A stretch of 64,000 bases of DNA, taken from assembly GCF_044704955.1 (NCBI RefSeq), contig NC_091995.1, positions 2,728,001 to 2,792,000 of the forward strand. Direction: 5' to 3'. The notes beneath the pieces were generated by a model that did not search any database, was not told where the DNA came from, and saw only the letters and a list, made by a program, of their open reading frames with translations. The DNA comes from Pristiophorus japonicus (Eukaryota). Positions 21,001-34,691 of the stretch are shown one piece after another. The stretch's first letter is position 1. Each line of letters opens with the position of its first letter. The position numbers and the translations under genes were made by a program.

Positions 21001-24000
21001 GTGACTGATGGGCCTTTTATAGGCCTCCCTCCGATCTCCTCCGCCTGGTCGATGAACTCCCACCGCTCAGACTGATGGGCCTTTTATAGGCCTGCCTCCG
21101 ATCTCCTCCGCCTGGTCGATGAACTCCCGCCGCTCAGACTGATGGGCCTTTTATAGGCCTCCCTCCGATCTCCTCCGCCTGGTCGATGAACTCCCGCCAC
21201 TCAGACTGATGGGCCTTTTATAGGCCTCCCTCCGATCTCCCGCGTTTCCTCGATGAACTCCTACTACTCCGACTCACGGACCTTTTCTAGGCCTCCCTCC
21301 AATCTCCCACGCCTCCTCGATGAGCCCCTCAAAGTCGGAGGAGTTCCGTGGGATGGGGGGTGGGACGTGTTGCCGGGCGAGGAGGAATCATGGATTCTGT
21401 TATATCTTGAACCTGTTTTGTGATGAGCAATCTGGCTATTTTACTGACGCTGCAGTCACCGTCAGTCTGAAGGGTGAGAACATTGTTCTGTGTCGTCAAT
21501 ACCATACACTGCTTCTGTATTGAACCAGCACTCCTGGATCTGATATAGGTCACAAACAGTTACACTGATTTCACAAACCAGTTTCAATCTCCTTTTGCAG
21601 ATTATTACATAATATTTTTGTTCTTAATTTCACAAACACTGAAGCTGTGTTTCATTATTTTGATGTATTCACTCAACGAGATTTTTACGAAGTCTGAAAT
21701 TGGGGTGCTGAAAACGTTTTACCTGGGCTGATGTTCTCTATCATTTCTTTCCACGCTATGTATTGACCGGGCCCTTTGAATATTCCCAGCGGCAGATTTT
21801 GGCCATCCAATGAAAGGAGATTATGCTCTTCACTGATTCTGAAAATATGAAACATTCAAATACAGAATTCTCGCAGTGCATTCCTTTAACAGATGAAATA
21901 ACAATTCAGTAAAGTGAACCTCATACCTTCTCATCCGGGAAGCTGCCTCCTGAAATAAAACAGAAACACAGACCTGAGTTCACAGGGAGGGTCTGGGGGC
22001 AAAATTTCAGAATTCAGTGTCATACGCTACATATGGCACCAAGTGAGAAATAGTTCATAAATAAAAACAGAAAATGCTCGAAATCTCTATGAGTCAGGCA
22101 GCATCTGTGGAGCGAAACAGAGTAAATGTTTTGTGTCTGTGATCCTTCGTCAGAATTGGAAACCTCCGAAAAGAAACAGATTGTTAAGTAAATGGAGGGG
22201 CACTGAAAGGGGGAGGGCAGGACAGAACAAAAGTGAAGGTCTGTGATATTCTGGAAGACAGGAGTAATTTTAGAGACAACAGGGATGATCGCCAAATTGA
22301 GCTGATAATGGCGCAAGTTAGGAAACAAAATATGAGCCGAGATGGTGTGTGAATGGTGGAATAACTTCCAGCTGCCTTGGGAAAGAGAGAAACAATAACA
22401 GTAAAAGAGGGGAGGGTGGTTTGTAAAAAAAAAAGGAGGGAAGAGAACAAAATATGGGCAGAGGTTATGTTCTGAAATTGTTGAACTCGATGTTGAGTCC
22501 AGAAGGCTGTAAAATACCTAAACGTAAGATTGGAACAGAGGATGCTGAGAAGGGACATTGAGGTGTACAACATTGTGAGGATCCTGGATATAGTGGCTAG
22601 CAAGGGCCTATTTCCCTTGGTGGAGGGCTCAATTACGAGGGGGCATAGTTTTAAGGTGGTTGGTGGTAGGTTCAGAGAGGAATTAAGGGGGCTGGGGGGG
22701 GGCTTCTTGACCCAGAGGGTTGTGGGGTTCTGGAACTCACTGCCTGGAAGGGTGGTGGAACAGGAATCCTCATCACATTTAAAAGGTGATTGGATGGGCA
22801 CTTAAAGGGCTGTAGCCTCCATGGTTACTGACTTAGAGCTGGTAAGTGGGATTAGACTGGATAACCTTTTGTTGGCTGGCGCAGATACGATCGTAAGTCA
22901 TGCAGGGCATCGAATACGACACGGGTAATCTCCTGGACTAGTTTCGATCGCCTGGATGGGACGGAGAGGAATTTTCAAGCTTTGTTCCTCAATTGGCCTG
23001 GATTTTTATCTGGTTTTTGCCTCTCTCAGGAGATCACATGGCTCTGGCTGGGGTGGAGTGTAGAATGTTTCGGTGCAAGGGGTGTCGCAGTTGTGTGGGG
23101 TGGACTGGTTGTGCTGGGTGCTCTTTGCCTTCCCGTCATTATTCATTGTTCATAGGTTTATATGTAACTTCAGGACTGCTGACTGAGGGGCAAGCTCGAC
23201 TGGCCGTATGGCCTACTCCAGTTCCTATTTCTTATGTTCTTATGTGATCGATTCTGCTTTCTACACAAACTAACTGAGAGATGGAAGAACTTCCATAGCA
23301 ATTATTGAACCGGACCTCCCACAACCCGGAGTTACGCTGTGCATGTAGCACCGTGATGGGCGCTTCTCCCTGGGGATCTCACACCGCTTGGATTCAGGGC
23401 ATTGAGTGTCACTTTGGTGCCTTCGGGTGCCTGGTCTGGTCGTAAGTAATGATCAGGTATATGATCAAACTGTTTCGGCACAACTTATTAAGATCGAAAT
23501 GAAATGTAAACGGTCGGAAGAAAATGAGACTGCAGTGAGGCAGATTTCAGTAAAACGAGTAGCGAGCTAACTAGCTTGAGGCAATAGAAGAAAGATAGAT
23601 ACACAGAAATGAATATCAAAAATGGGATGTTTTAAAAAGTGATTCGAACAATGTAGAATAAATGTATTCTGTTAAAACAGAATGCAATTCCTAGTAGTTT
23701 TTGAGGTCCATGGAAAAATAATGAAGCAAGAAGCCTATTTAAATTAAAGCTCAGATTTCAAATGAGATGATCTTGTTGGAAATACTTCATAGATATGTTT
23801 GAGAATATAATACACGTGGTTGATGGGACAATACATTGAATGCAGTGTACATGGAGTTTAGGAAAGCCTTGATAAGGTACCTCACAGGCGATGACTAGAG
23901 AAGCTCGTGGGATATGGAATTCGGGGAGGATAGCAAATTGGATAACAAATTACTTAGGATAAAATCAGAGAATAGCATTTAATGGTGGGTTTTCAGGGTG

Positions 24001-27000
24001 ATTAGAGGTGGGCAGTGGGGCCCCACAGTGTTTCGCTCTGGGGATAGAATTAATTTGATACAAGACCAAAAGAAGTTAATAAGAACATGTGTGAATGGGC
24101 TAAATTATTTTTGGACAGAATTATCTGCCAGTAAGTGTGAGCTGAGACAGGGGAAGTAACAGCAGGAATCCTACACCGAATGGATGTTGGCTCAGTGCGT
24201 TAGAAGAGCAGAAGGATTTGGGGGTATAGGTTCACAGAGCATTAAAGGCAGCTCCACGGGTTGATAAGGCTGTTTAACAAAACCTAATAGGATACCAGGT
24301 TACATAGGATTAAATAGGATATACGACACTGAAATAGGCCATTCGGGCCAACCAGTCCATGCTGGCGTTTATGCTCCACTCGAGCCTCCTCCTGTCTTTC
24401 CTCATCAAAATCTATCACCATAACAGGTTGTGTCACAAGGGATATAGCATATAAAATAAACAGGCAATGATGCAGTATTAGGCTCCACACCAGAGGGACG
24501 CTAATCTGGGTTGAATGCGGAGACAGCACAGATGGTCTCGGATGCTGCCTGGAATCAGGAAATGTAAATATAAAGAAAGAAAAAATCAATTTATGGGGCA
24601 ACACGATATATCATAGTCTTATTTAAGTGAGACAAGGTATGTAGAAACAAACAATGGAGCTACTGAAGAGATCACAAAGTTTCGGTTTAAAGAATGGACT
24701 CAGTCGAGAATATTTCGTGGACTTTATGGGCTTTTCTGAGGGTATTTTCCCTGTGGTGGGATCACCCTGTGCCGATCAGTGAAAAAGCTGGTGTTGTTAA
24801 AACTCTAGAGACCACATGGCAGTTAGCTGTGACAAAAGAACTGTCAGTCATCCAGAACGGGTTTGCCCACCAGTCCCAGCTAAAGGAAGGGGGCCATGAA
24901 TATTGACAAAAGAGCTGTCGGCCAGGAAGGGGGGCCACTGACAAAGCCACTCTAACATGCAAAAGCACTTCTCACTTGCATCTCCGAAGGAAAGCAGAAC
25001 AATGAACCCACTAGCCTGTTCAGACAAAGAGGAGCCAGGTCTTTCCCAACACAAAGACTGAGAGAGATGCCCAGATTCAGAGCCATCAGCCCAATACATA
25101 TGGTCCATCACTGACCATGACTCATTTCATTTACACTCTGAATAATAATTCCCGGGTCTAGAACGTTTGTAAGGCGATTCGAACCATCCATCTAGCAATT
25201 GGGCTAAAATCAAAACCGCTTACACTACTTGTTACAAAATTTAGGATGTGCAAAGAATCCAGAATTGGAGGAGCACAGATATCTTGGTGGGTTGTTTACC
25301 TGGAGGAGGTTGCAGAGATAGGGAGGGGAGAGGCCACGGATTGAGTTGAAAACAAGAATGAGAATGTCAAAATTGAGATGTTTCTTAACCAGGAGACAGT
25401 TTGCGCCAGCGAGCACAGGGGTGATGGCTGGACGGGACTTGGTGTAAGTTAGGAAATGTGCCTCTGAGTTCTGCATCAGCCCAAGTTTATGGAGGGTGTA
25501 AAATCGGAGGCCAGCCTGGAGAGCAATGGACTAGTCAAGTCCATAGGTAGCAAAAGCATAGATGAGGGTTTCAGCAGCTGATGATGAGGCAGGGGATGAG
25601 ACGGGAGATGTTACAGAGGTGGAAATAAGTGGTGTTGATGATGGCATGGATATGTGGTAGGAATCCCATATCGGGGTCAAATAAGACACCAAGGTTGTGA
25701 ACAGCCTCAATCAGCCTCAGACAGTGGCCGAGGAGAGGGGTGGAGTTGGTGTCGAGGGAACGGAATTTGTGGCGGGGACCAAAGAAAATGGCTTCGACTA
25801 TCCCAATATTTAATTGGAAGAAATTGCTATTCTTCCACTTCTGGATATCGGACAAGCACCGTGACACATCTGGAACATTGCCGGGGTTGCGAGGTGAGCT
25901 GGGTGAGGTCAGCATACATGATGTTGTGTTTCAGATGATCTCACCGAATGTATTTAAATAAAACAAGGTATTACCTTCAGAAATGAGATTGTGTCTTGCT
26001 CCTCCATCTGTCTCTGTAACTCGGATATCTCTCGATTAATACCATTTAACTTCTGTTGGATTCCACTGAGGTTTTCATCCATTGATTTTAGAATATTCCC
26101 CTCTTGTTCCCTGAGATCTCTGATCCATTGCTGCTCTTTATCACTGAGAATCTGGTGAATTTTAGCGAACTCTGATGCTATGTGGGTCTGCAGAATGCTC
26201 GACTGTTCCTACCAAATGAAATGTGAAACATAATTCATGTACCGTGAAAAAGGGAACAAAACTAACCGAGATCCCAGAAAATCAGCACAGGGAGACATAG
26301 GAACATAGAAAATAGGTGCAGGAGCAGGCCATTCGGCCCTTCGAGCCTGCACCGCCATTGAATATGTTCATTGGCTGATCATGCAACTTCAGAACACTCC
26401 CACCTCCTCTCTATACCCGCTGACGCCCTTAGCCGTAAGAGCCACATCTAAATCCCTCCTGACTATATCCAACAACTGGACTCAACAATTTTCTGTGGGA
26501 GAGAATTCCACAGGTGCACCACTCTCTGGGTGTAAAAGTTTCTCCTCATCTCGGTCCTATATCCCTTATCCTTAGACTCTGACCCCTGGTTCTGGACTTG
26601 CCCAACATCGGGAACATTCTTGCTGCATCGAATCTGTCCAGTTTCTTACCCTAACTCCGGAAATCTGCTGTTCCTGCCGCCGTGCGGTGTCCAGAGCCGA
26701 ATCCTTTCTCTTTGTAGCCGATTCCAGGGATGATTTCAGTTTATCCTGCAATTAGAAATTAAATTAGAGTAAAGTTTAAACATAAGATGTTTAAATGTTG
26801 CCAGAGATTCTACCCTCCATGTTACCCTGTACATCTGTACAGCCTCCGTCAGTCCCACGAAGTTGTGGGACTTGTGCCCCGGGCCCTCTGTCGCGACCAG
26901 ACACTTCACACAGATCAGTTTCTTGTCAGTTTCACAAAACAGCGTCAGTTCTTCCTGATGTTCCTCACAGAGATGTTTACTGTCTCTATCTTTGGTATTC

Positions 27001-27242
27001 ACAGTTATTTTTCGAGCTTTCTCGGCTAGATTCGCCAAGGCCCGATTATCCCTGAAGTTTATTTCCTGAAACTCCTCTCTACATTCCGGGCAGCAGTTTG
27101 TCTCCTTATCCCAACACAGTGTGATACAGGAGCGGCAGAAATTGTGCCCACACTCCAGCATTACTGGGTCGGTGAAGAAATCCAGACAAATGGGACAAAT
27201 TGCCTCCTCGGTCAAACTCTCCGACTGCCATCCAGATGCCAT
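17541..27242 (-). CDS. TRIM copy B, intact RBCC-B30.2 E3 ligase (TRIM39/TRIM27/A33-like, class C-IV), 477 aa
   Basis: Exons 27242-26826 (417), 26745-26650 (96), 26208-25975 (234), 21949-21927 (23), 21838-21723 (116), 18088-17541 (548). All GT-AG. Total 1434 nt = 478 codons including TAA. The 96/234/23/116 pattern is typical of C-IV TRIMs. B30.2 motifs [25 protein letters not shown]. Confidence 0.93.
18650..19520 (+). mobile_element. Two CR1 3' fragments in TRIM intron 5 (18650-19140 old; 19310-19520 young tail); copies about 42265-43142
   Basis: Degenerate RT C-terminal remnants, plus tail gatatatttaagagggagttagat...ggcctactcctgcacctattttc. Confidence 0.72.
19520..21330 (-). mobile_element. 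CR1 5' portion: 5'UTR with tandem monomers, disrupted ORF1 (Zn-finger N-terminus, SGNH esterase-like C-terminus), start of ORF2
   Basis: ORF1 ATG at 20777 ([17 protein letters not shown]), C-terminus [36 protein letters not shown] ending 19832, then endonuclease start LNARSI.NK..EL...DIIGIT.TWL (seen in unit 2 ORF 43132-43443). Confidence 0.85.
21003..21328. repeat. 67-bp minisatellite, about 4.9 copies
   Basis: Unit gactgatgggccttttataggcctccctccgatctcctccgcctggtcgatgaactcccrccgctca starts at 21003, 21070, 21137, 21204, with a degenerate copy at 21271. Confidence 0.95.
22060..22530 (-). mobile_element. Penelope-like 3' tail fragment in intron 3 (copy about 45593-46060)
   Basis: Reverse-complement similarity to 8990-9050 (ttctggactcaacatcgag) and shares the terminal motif aaaacagaaaatgct...gcagcatctgtggag. 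Confidence 0.65.
22530..23245 (+). mobile_element. CR1 3' end with long 3'UTR (copy about 46060-46772)
   Basis: EQRMLR.DIEVY.I...[16 protein letters not shown]...[12 protein letters not shown], tail tcttatgttcttatg. Confidence 0.82.
25231..25931 (-). mobile_element. L2 LINE fragment (unit 2 copy)
   Basis: Duplicate of 1650-2350. Confidence 0.8.
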
Positions 27243-27271
27243 TTTTCTCTCAGCACTTCCTGATTTAATCC

Positions 27272-27283
27272 GCTTTCAGTTTC
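27272..27283 (-). promoter_or_regulatory. IRF-E/ISRE upstream of TRIM B
   Basis: Same GAAACTGAAAGC motif at the same distance from the ATG (27242). Confidence 0.7.
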
Positions 27284-27925
27284 AATGTTTGTTTAAAGGG
27301 AGGAGCCAGAGCGAGTTTCGGCACAAACCTGCCCGACCTGTTCAGCACTGAGATGTTTACCAATGCTCAGAGGTAAACGCCTACATTAGAATACACGAGG
27401 GAAAAGATTGAGCGTTGTGTGTGTGGAGATTTCCCAATTGGACGTTAAGCGCTTCATCTCTTCCCAGAGAACACTGGACCTGTGGATCCAGGGGTTCCCG
27501 CTGACGGTGGGCGATGATTGACGGGATTCCTTCAGGAGAGAGTTGGTCCTGTTTCTGGGTGGGGAGGAGATGGCCTGGGACCAGAGATAGCTACACTGAT
27601 GGCTAGAGACAGTGTGATCTCCTAGGTTACTTTACATGACCTAAAGGAGCCGGAGAGGAATTTTTCAGATTCTACCCACCCCCAGGAGATTATGTGACTC
27701 TCTGGGGGTTTGGAGTGTCTCTGTGACGACACATGAAGGCAGCACAACTGTATGGGACAGTCTGGGGAGACCCGATGAACTCTTCTGTTTGGTTTTTTCG
27801 TATGTTCGCTGTTCAATGTTACATTCTGTTGATGGAAAATGAAACAATCCGCTCACAGGACAGTATCAGTCAGTATTTAGGTTTAATCAGTAAATTGTGG
27901 ATCTATAGACAATGTTAAACAGAGA

Positions 27926-28388
27926 ATGAAAGAAAGTCTAGAATTTATATAGCGCCTTTCACGACTACTGGACTTCTCAAAGCGCGTTTCAACCAATGAT
28001 GTACTTTTGAATCGTAGTCACTGTTGTCATGAGGGAAACGCAGCAGGCAATTTGCGCACAGCAAGTTCCCACAACCAGCAATGTGATAATGACCAGATAA
28101 TCTGTTTTTACTTCTGCTGATTGAGGGATAAATATTAGCCAGGACACTGGGGATAACTCCACTGATCTTCTTCGAAATAGTGCCATGGGATCCTTTCAAT
28201 CCACCTGAAAGAGCAGAAGGGGCCTCGGTTTAACGTCTCCTGCAAAAGACGATACCTCCGACAGTGCGGCGTTCCCTTCGTACTGCACTGGAGTGCCAAG
28301 CCTCGATTTTTGTGTTTAAGTCCCTGGAGTCGGCCTTAAACCCACAAACCTCTGACACACCGTGTGAGAGTGCTGCCCACTGAGCCAC
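27926..28388 (-). mobile_element. SacSINE1-like SINE (unit 2 copy)
   Basis: Duplicate of 4345-4807. Confidence 0.78.
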
Positions 28389-29186
28389 TAATAATAACAC
28401 ACAAGAAAAGAAATTGATAGTATTTGAATATGGATTGTTTTAGTATCTGTTTCCCGTGGCAAGCTGAGGATGGACATCCATTAACAGAGCAAAGAATAGT
28501 GTAAAAGGAGCAGGAAGTAAATGGATGTTGAAAATGGTGGATGGGATGTCAATCAAGTGGGCTGCTTTGTCCTGCATGCTGTCGAGATTCTTGAGTGTTG
28601 TTGGAGCTACACTCATCCAGACAAGTTGAGAGTATTCCATCGGACTCCTGATTTGTACTTTGTAGATGGTGGAAAGGCATCGAAGATTCAGGAGGTGAGA
28701 CACGCGCCGCAGAATACCCAGCCTCTGATCTGCTCTTGTTTCCACAGTATTTATGTGACTGGTCCATTTAAGGTCCTGGTCAATGGTGAGCTCCAGGGTG
28801 ATGGGTGAGCGGGACGTGGTATGATTTAAGACTTGGGTAGCCGAGTTTTGATCACTTCTAGTTTATTAAGCAAAGAATGTTGATGCCAACCAGAAGTGCG
28901 TTGGAATAGTCAAGCCTGGACCTAACAATGGCATGGATGAGTGCTTCAGCAATGGAGGCATGTTAGAATGGTGCAAATAGGCGGCCTTAGTTATGCTGTA
29001 GATATGTGGTGGGAAGCTCATTTCAGGGTCAAATATCACACCAACATTGTGAACAGTCTGGTTCGGTGTCAGAAAGATAGTAGGGAGAGGGATGGAGTCA
29101 ATGCTAGTGAACAGAGTTTGTAGCAGGGAACAAAAACATCAGCTTCAGTCTTCCCAATGTTGAATTGGTGAAAATTATTGCTCATC

Positions 29187-31703
29187 GAGACAGCATCAAA
29201 CAAGAAATTAGGAATGCATACAATAAAGGTACAGCAGTTATCATGGGCGACTTTAATCTACATATAGATTGGTCAAACCAAACTGGTAGCAATACGATGG
29301 AGGAAGATTTCCTGGAGTGTATTAAGGATGGTTTTCTGGACCAATATGTCGAGGAACTAAATAGAGGGTTGGCCATTCTAGACTGGGTGATGTGTAATGA
29401 GAAAGGAATAATTAGCAATCTTGTTGTGCGAGGCCCCTTGGGGAAGAGTGACCATAATATGGTAGAATTCTTTATTAAGATGTAAAGTGACGCAGTTCAT
29501 TCAGAGACTAGGGTCCTGAACTTAAGGAAAGATAACTTCGATGGTATGAGACCTGAATTGGCTGGAATAGACTGGCAAATGATACTTAAGGGGTTGATGG
29601 TGGATAGGCAATGGCAAACATTTAAAGATCACAAGGATGAACTTCAACAATTGTACATCCCTGTCTTGAGTATAAAATAAAATGGGGAAGGTGGCTCAAC
29701 CGTGGCTAACAAGGGAAATTAAGGATAGTGTTAAATCCAAGGAATTGGCCAGAAAAAGCAGCAAACCTAAGGACTGGGAGAAATTTGTAATTCAGCAGAA
29801 GAGGACAAAGTGTTTAATTAGGAGGGCGAAAATAGAGTATGAGAGAAAGCTTGCTAGGAACATAAAAACTGACTGCAAAAGCTTGTATAGATATGTGAAG
29901 AGAAAAAGATTAGTGAAGACAAATGTAGGTCCCTTGCAGTCAGACTGAGCTGAAGTTATAATGGGGAACAAAGAAATGGCAGACCAGTTGAACAAATACT
30001 TTGGTTCTGTCTTCACAAAGGAAGACACAAATAACCTTCCAGAAGTACGAGGGGATCGAGGGGCTAGTGAGAAGAAGGAACTGAAGGATATCCTTATGAG
30101 GCGGAAATTGTGTTAGGGAAATTGATAGGATTGAAGGCCGATAAATCCCTGGGGCCTGATAGTCTGCATCCCAGAGTACTTAAGGAAGTGGCCCTAGAAA
30201 TAGTGGATGCATTGGTAATCATTTTCCAACAGTCTATCGACTCTGGATCAGTTCCTATGGACTGGAGAGAAGCTAATGTAACACCACTTTTTTTTAAAAG
30301 ATGGGAGAGAGAAAACGGGGAATTATAGGCCAGTTAGCCTGACATCTATAGTGGGGAAAATGTTGCAATCAATTATTAAAGATGAAATAAGAGCGCATTT
30401 GAAAAGCAGTGACAGGATCGGTCCAAGTCAGTCTGGATTTATGAAAGGGAAATCGTGCTTGACAAATCTTATACAATTTTTTGCGGTTGTAACTAGTAGA
30501 GTGGACAAGGGAGATCCAGTGGATGTGGTGTATTTGGACTTTCAAAAGGCTTTTGACAAGGACCCACACAAGAGATTGGTGTGCAAAATTAAAGCACATG
30601 GTCTTGGGGGTAATGTACTGACGTGGATAGAGAACTGGTTGGCAGACAGGAAGCAGAGATTTGGGATAAACGGGTTGTTTTCAGAATGGCAGGCAGTGAC
30701 CAGTGAGGTGACACAGGGCTCAGTGCTGGGACCCCAGCTATTTACAATATACATTAATGATTTGGATGAAGGATTTGAGTGTAACATCTCCAAGTTTGCA
30801 GATGACACTAAACTGGTTGGCGGTGTGAGCTGTGAGGAGGATGCTAAGAGGATGCAGAGTGACTTGGACACGTTAGGTGTGTGGGCAAATGCATGGCAGA
30901 TGCAGTATAATGGATAAATGTGAGGTTATCCACTTTGGTGGCAAAAAGTTGAAAGCAGAATATTATCTGAATGGCAGCAGATTAGGAAAAGGGGAGGTGC
31001 AACGAGACCTGGGTGCCATGGTACATCAAGTCATTGAAAGTAGGCATGCAGGTAGAGCAGGCAGTGAAGAAGGCAAGTGGTATGCTGACCTTCATAGCTT
31101 GGGGATTTGAGCAGGGAGGTCTTACTGCAGTTGATGAGGCCTCACCTGGAACATTGTGTTCAGTTTTGGTCTCCTAATCTGTGGAAGGACGTTCTTGCTA
31201 CTGAGAGAGTGCAGCGAAGCTTCGCCAGAATGATTCCCGGGATGGCAGGACTGACATATGAGGAGAGAATAGATCGACTGGGCATTTATTCACTTCAGTT
31301 TAGAAGGATGAGAGGGGATCTCATAGACACACATAAAATTCTGACGGGACTGGACAGGTTAGATGCAGGAAGAATGTTCCCGATGTTGGGGAAGCCCAGA
31401 ACCAGGGGTCACAGTCTAAGGATAAGTGATAAGCCATTTCGGACTGAGATGAGGAGAAACTTCTTCACTCAGAGAGTTGTTAACCTGTGGAATTCCCTGC
31501 CACAGAGAGTTGTTGATGCCAGTTCATTGGATATATTCAAGAGGGAGTTAGATAATGCCCTTACGACTAAAGGAATTAAGGGGTATGGAGAGAAAGCAGG
31601 AAAGGGGTACTGAGATGAATGATCAGCCATGATCTTATTGAATGGTGGTGCAGGCTCGAAGTGCGAATGACCTACTCCTGCACCTACTTTCTATGTTTCT
31701 ATG
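29187..31703 (+). mobile_element. CR1 LINE ORF2 (unit 2 copy)
   Basis: ORF translations identical to 5606-8122. Confidence 0.93.
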
Positions 31704-32200
31704 GATGTCCGACAACAACATGACAATTCAGAGACTGTGGAGACATCGAGAGAGGTGGTGGTGAGGTAGAGTTGGCTGTCATTAGTGTACATGTAAGCTG
31801 ATATCAGACACTTCAGTTGCCCTCTTCGCCATGAGCTTGAAACAGCCACGGTATTCTGATCCATCCCACAAACAGGAATTATTCTCTCACTTTTGTTGTT
31901 CACCTGTCCCCAGCCATGATCGCAAACCTTTTACCGAGAACCTTCAAATAAAGCATGTAACTGAGCTCGATCGATTTGCCTTACAACATGTGGAATACAA
32001 AAGCAAAATTACAGATCACTGTGTAAATGTAACTCACGATGTGGGACAAGGAGCCAGAGATATAAACTAGTAAAAGCCAGGTTCAGGGCGGATGATAGGA
32101 AGCACTTCTCCATGGAATGGGTGATAAACACTGGAATTTGAATTAGAGATGGACAATAAAAGCAGCCTTTCCAATGTGGACCCCTTCTCGAAAACAGCAG

Positions 32201-33006
32201 CATTCCAAAAGAATCGCTCCTTCCGCGACATCCTGGTCCACTCCCCTATCATCCCCAGCACCCCCTCCCCTTCCCACGGCATCTTCCCGTGCAAGCGCAG
32301 GAGATGCAACACATGCCCTTGTACCGCCTCCCTTCCCACCGTTCAGGGCCCCAAACATCCTCTACATTGGGCAGACCAAACGCAGATTGGGTGACTGCTT
32401 TGCAGAACAACTCCGTTCAGTCCGTACGTGTGACCCCGAGCTTCCGGTCGCATGTCACTTTAATTCTCCGCTCCACTCCACTCCCACTCTGACCTCTCGG
32501 TCCTCGGTTTCTTACACTGTTCGAATGAAGCTCACCGTAAGCGCAGGGAACAGCAGCTCATGTTTTACATACTTCTGGACTCAACATCGAGATCTACAAT
32601 TTCATTCCATAAACTCTGCCCCTATATTTTTCGGATGGCAGCTATTGATTGTTCTGATATTCCCAGATACATCTCTTCTCGACCTATCTTTTCTTTCTTT
32701 ACTTGTCCCATTACCATCTCCTTTTGCTTTTTACAATCATACGTCTTATTATTTCATCATTCCTGCTTTCCACCCTATCACAGACCTTCCCTTTTGTTCA
32801 TTCCTCCCCCCGCCGCGCCCTCCCCACCTTTCCCTACCCCTGCAGTTGGTTAAAACCTGTCACATCTCTAATAAAAACCAGAAAATGCTGGAATTCTCAG
32901 CAGGTCAGTCAGTATCTGTGGAGAGGAAGCAGAGTTAACATTTCGGGTCAATGACCCTTGGTCAGATCGGACCAGAATCGTTAAATCTGCTTCCTCTTCA
33001 CAGATG
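32201..33006 (+). mobile_element. Penelope-like fragment (unit 2 copy)
   Basis: Duplicate of 8620-9425. Confidence 0.82.
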
Positions 33007-33635
33007 CTTTTCAAGGATACACTCAAAGCCTCCTTGATAAAATGCAACATTCCCACCGACACCTGGGAATCCCTGGCCAAAGACTGCCCTAAGTGGAGGA
33101 AGAGCATCCGGGAGGGCGCTGAGCACCTCGAGTCTTGTCGCCGAGAGCATGCAGAAACCAAGCGCAGGCAAAACCTCCCTGAGTAAAGCAATCCAGGGAA
33201 CCGGACAAGCATGGCCGGTACTCCTGCCCACCTTATTGATGAGACTGTGTGCTACACCGAACCGCACAACAGCACTTACCCCTTATGTACTAATAACTGG
33301 ACGAGCAATAAAACTTCCCAAGGAAACAGTGAAGGGAGAAGTAGAGTTCGGATCTTTACACTATAGAATTAGCAAGTATGTGACGGAACTGAGTCGGCAG
33401 TTGAAAGATATGTGAAAGGATGTGTGCGATAACGAGGAAGAGGAAGACAAGGATAAAGGAACAAAACCCCCGGCACTGGTACACGAGGTGGGGGCAAGGG
33501 TAATGGTTAAGGTGTTAACAGAAAAATGTGGATTTGCACCCTGACAGAGCGGACCCGATGAAGTACTGATTAGCGGAGACATGTGTGCATGCGTAAATAT
33601 GAAAGGTGGGGGCCGCTGGAAAATGACAATGGGTA

Positions 33636-34691
33636 AAGGTTGATATGTGTTTTTGTAACTGGAAGGCGGTATCCAGTGGGGTTCCACAGGGCTCAGTGCT
33701 GGGACGTTGGCTTTTTGTAGTATATATCAATGACTTGGGCTTGAATGTTAAGGGTATGAATAGGACGTTTTCAGATGACAGAAAGATAGACTGCGTGGAT
33801 GAAAATGGAAAGAAAGCTTCGGACGACAGGAAGATATCAATGTACTGGTCAGATGGGTAGAACAATGGCAAATAGAATTAAATCCACATACGTTGGAGGT
33901 CATGCATTTGGGGAGGTCTGACAAGGCAAAGGAATAAATATTCAATCGTATGACGCTGAAAAGTGTAGAGCAATAAAAGGACCTTGGAGTGCAGGTCCAC
34001 AGCTCCCTGAAGGAAGCAGGCCAGGTAGATATGGTGATGAAGAAGGCATATGGAATACTTGCCTTTATTTGTCGAGGCATAGAATACAACAGCAAGGACG
34101 TTATGCTTGAAGTTAATAAAGCACTGGTTTGGCCACAGTTAGAGTACTGTGTGCGGTTCTGATCACCACATTACAGGAAAGATGTGACTGCACTAGAGAG
34201 GGTACAGAGGAGATTTACAAGAATGTTGGCTGGACTGAAGAATTTTGGCTATGAGGAAAGATTGGAGATGCTGAGTCTGTTTACTTTGGAACAGAGGAGG
34301 CTGAGGGGAGACCTGATTGAGGTGTATATAATTATGAGGGGCCTAGATAGAGTGGAAAGTAAGGGGCTGTTTCCGCTGGCAGAGGGGTCAACCACCAGGG
34401 GCCACGGAATAAAAGTTATTGGAGGGAGGTATAGAGGTGATATGAGGTAAAATCGCGTCACGCAGAAGATTGTTGGGGTCGGGAACTCACTGCCTGAATG
34501 GGTTGTAGAGGGAGAAACCCTCACCACATTTAAAAAATACCTGCATGTGCACTTAAAGTGCCGTAACCTACAGAACTCGGACCAAGAGCTGCAAAGTAGG
34601 ATTAGGCTGGGTAGCTCTTGGTTTGCTGGTGCAGACGCGATGAGTCGATATGGCCTCCTTCCAAGCTGTAAATTTCTAAGATGCTATGATG
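33636..34691 (+). mobile_element. CR1 3' fragment (unit 2 copy)
   Basis: Duplicate of 10055-11110. Confidence 0.87.

Larger units (their letters stand above)
1..23581. repeat. Tandem segmental duplication, unit 1 (boundary set by window start)
   Basis: caatagaagaaagatagatacac occurs at 1, 23582 and 47108. The ORF track repeats at offset 23581. Confidence 0.97.

Noticed and set aside
21003-21328. CRISPR-like array
   Set aside because: Head-to-tail 67-bp repeats with no unique spacers, in vertebrate DNA at a LINE 5' end.
19832-21723. TRIM-CR1 ORF1 fusion analogous to TRIMCyp
   Set aside because: Splicing exon 5 to the cryptic acceptor hits a stop after 11 codons, before the ORF1 ATG, and ORF1 is itself frameshifted.
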